A program made the position numbers and the translations under genes. DNA of 64,000 nt from NCBI GenBank assembly GCA_001244265.2, contig CDLV01000005.1, positions 930,001 through 994,000 of the forward strand, read 5' to 3'. The notes under the pieces are model-generated. The model saw nothing but the letters and a program-made list of their open reading frames with translations, searched no databases and had not been told where the DNA came from. Of this stretch, positions 61,693 through 64,000 are shown piece by piece. Position 1 is the first letter of the stretch. Each line of letters starts with the position of its first letter. Origin of the DNA: Microbotryum violaceum (taxonomy: Eukaryota).

Positions 61693-63649
61693 TCACGACG
61701 AATTCGACCAAGGCACCGGCAAATTGAGCTCAGCCGCCAGTCTTTCCACGACCGCCTCATGCGTTGCCTTGAACCGTTCGTTCGAGGTTCCCCAAGCATC
61801 AGAGACATCCTTCCACAGTTTTTGCTTCATTTCGGTGTGCATAAAGAAGGCGCCCTCGCCACTGCTCCCGTCAACCGTCTTGTTCGTCAAAGTTGTCGAA
61901 CCGTCAAAGACCACGAGCAAGTTCCAGAGCACGCTCGACATCTTGATCGCGTTCGTCTGGCACATCGCATCTGTCGTCTCTTGCAGAGTGAGAGTTCGGT
62001 ACAGGTCGTAAGCTTGTTGCTGTCGGGGTGATAGCTTGGAGACTCGTGCAGTGGCCGGCGGCTTCGGAGTGGCGGCGGTCGACTTGGCGGTTCCAGTGAC
62101 GGATCGAGGGGTGGCTCGGAAGGATGATGCGGTGCTCATATCGTGCGAGACTTGGGACATAATAGCATGTGCTGGTCCAGCTAGCGATTCGAGGAAGCGA
62201 AAGACGAGAAGCGAAGCCCAGACATCATTTGCGGCATCTGCGGTTGCAGAAGAAATTGATTTGAGTAATGTACATACGAACTTGGACGATCGACGTAACC
62301 CGAGACCTACAATGCTGCTGCTCGGCTCCGATCGTACCACTCCACTTGCCACACCTCACGGCCCCCTCCTTGGGTAAGTACATGTCCAAATACGTCCCCG
62401 TCATCTCTTGCAACCCGATGAGGATCCGACCGGCATACCTCGGACCATCAACCAGCTTGCCAACGTTATTGAGCTCTAGAAGCCCACGCGGCGTATGACC
62501 AAAATCTCTCGACAGCTTCCTGGCATCCCCAGCAATCTGGACCCCAAGCTTCACTTTCGTGGGGTCTTCGATGAAGTCCTTGAGCGCTTTGGGGAATGTC
62601 GACATTCGGGCAATGTGAACGAGCAAGATCGTTTGACCGTCACAGACCTGGGCCAAAGCGGTCGGATTCTCCACCCCTCGCCTCTTGGACGGTTCCCACT
62701 CGAGGTCGAATCCGTAGGGCCCGTCGTCCATTGCCTTCAAGACTTTGGCTACCTCGTCTGCCGAGTTCGTGTAGATCAAAGTCGGCTTCGTCCTTCCGCC
62801 CGTGCAAGTAAAGTCGAACACGGTCTTGTGCTTTTCGCGCAGGCTTCGGTCGGCCTCGACTTTGCGCTTGTGTTGAGCCGCCTTTTGGGCTCGGGGGCCT
62901 AATTTGGTTGGGGCTTCGTTGACAGGCGGCAGTTTCGCATTCGAGGCGAGAGATTCCTTTTGTTTAATCGAGTCAGGTTTCGCGAACCACCTCTGATGTC
63001 TCGTGGCGGTTGTGTTAGTCGATGTCGCTGAAGCAGCCACGGCAGGGGCGGAAGGCCCTGGACTCTTGGCCGTCTTCGGTTCGACAATTTGGATGGAGTC
63101 GTCGGACGCGAGACTAGACTCGATAGATACGTCGCTGCTGATGTCGATGAATTCCATGAAACTCTCCAGTCTTTCGGGCGACATCTCCGGGGCGAAACTT
63201 GACGATCGAGCACGCGAGGCTTTGTCCTCGTTGGCATCGAGGCTAGGGTGAGCTGATACCAAATAAGCGCGAGGTGGCGAGACACGCCTGTAAGTGGAAG
63301 GGTCGATGTTGATGCGATTCGACGTTGCCAACGGGCCGAGCAAGGTTCGTGGACGCGGGGCAAGGTCCCACTCTAGATCGGTAGCTTTACCTTTACCCTT
63401 CGCTTGACCCCTCGACGCCTCTTCCCTGCGTTTGGTGAGCTGGACCAGTCTCGAGATCTCGACTTCGAAGCTCGTTCCCGACTCCTCTTCGACGTCACTG
63501 AAGTCTATCCCTTCGACCAGTTGATCCATCTCGGCTTGCGATACGACTGCAGGTGATGCGGGGTAGGTGGACGATGCCGACGACGACGGTGGTGCACGTG
63601 CCGAAGAGGAACCTGCTTCGGATGAAGGTGTGATAGCACACACACACAT
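61693..63649 (-). CDS. WRN-type DEDDy 3'-5' exonuclease without a helicase domain; start uncertain; at least 2 exons
   Basis: ExoI GFDLEWEP...ALAQVC, ExoII KLGVQIAGDARKL, and ExoIII W...QQHYAANDVW formed across the intron near 62230-62310. Confidence 0.85.
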
Positions 63650-64000
63650 GCTGTGCGGCGAATGCTGCGCTAGCCTGGTTCCGACCAAGTGGTCTCCCTT
63701 CTCCACGCGTGACGAAGGAAATGCCGCCACAGGGGAGGCATTCCATTTGTGAGCGAGGGGTCGATAAAAGCTCGAGGGAGGGAAGAAGGTCGTCCTGGGT
63801 CGATGTGGCGAGAGGTGAGCTATACCAGACGCCGAATGATCGGGGCATTTCTGCGTGAATATCATTTGCTGGGAGCTGCTCAGCATCCAGTTACCTGGAA
63901 ATTAGCAAACGCCCTGGAACTGAAGCATCGGCTCCCTGACGACCGCGACAGCGTCGTCTCTGCACACTGACCGGAATTCGCGGCTGGGACATTCAGACGG

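Noticed and set aside
1-64000. tRNA, rRNA, spliceosomal snRNA, TPP riboswitch, telomeric repeats and TGA-CTA readthrough PTS1 signals
   Set aside because: I looked by eye for diagnostic motifs and found none convincing. A covariance-model search could still reveal divergent RNAs.

Overview
Gene-dense, intron-rich, GC-rich fungal DNA. The short GT-AG introns with CTGAC-type branch points and the protein families suggest a basidiomycete, probably a Pucciniomycotina/Microbotryomycetes yeast (inference). I reconstructed about 20 recognisable genes by splicing by eye. They encode a FucP-type MFS permease, COPI zeta, Cdc123, Cdt2, SmF, NC2-beta, a PfkB kinase, a (6-4) photolyase, Pdx3, Jen1, a group III HAMP histidine kinase, Iml2/TTC39, Atl1, an FMN hydroxy-acid oxidase, a TPT-family transporter, Set1, Ade6, PrxQ/Dot5, an amino-acid permease and a WRN-type exonuclease. 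No tRNA, rRNA, transposon or CRISPR array was recognised. The most interesting item is a ~1,900-aa protein joining an RRM, an NXF1/Mex67-type NTF2-like domain and a WD40-like C-terminus, with no visible LRR or UBA. Second is a 3-exon, 116-aa microgene missed by the ORF track that encodes a C-x2-C-x12-H-x3-C zinc finger spaced like the NEMO/optineurin UBZ finger. Smaller points include a second spliced orphan ORF, 5- and 11-nt microexons, a GC-AG intron and PIP-like and PTS1-like motifs. All exon coordinates are manual predictions without RNA or database support.
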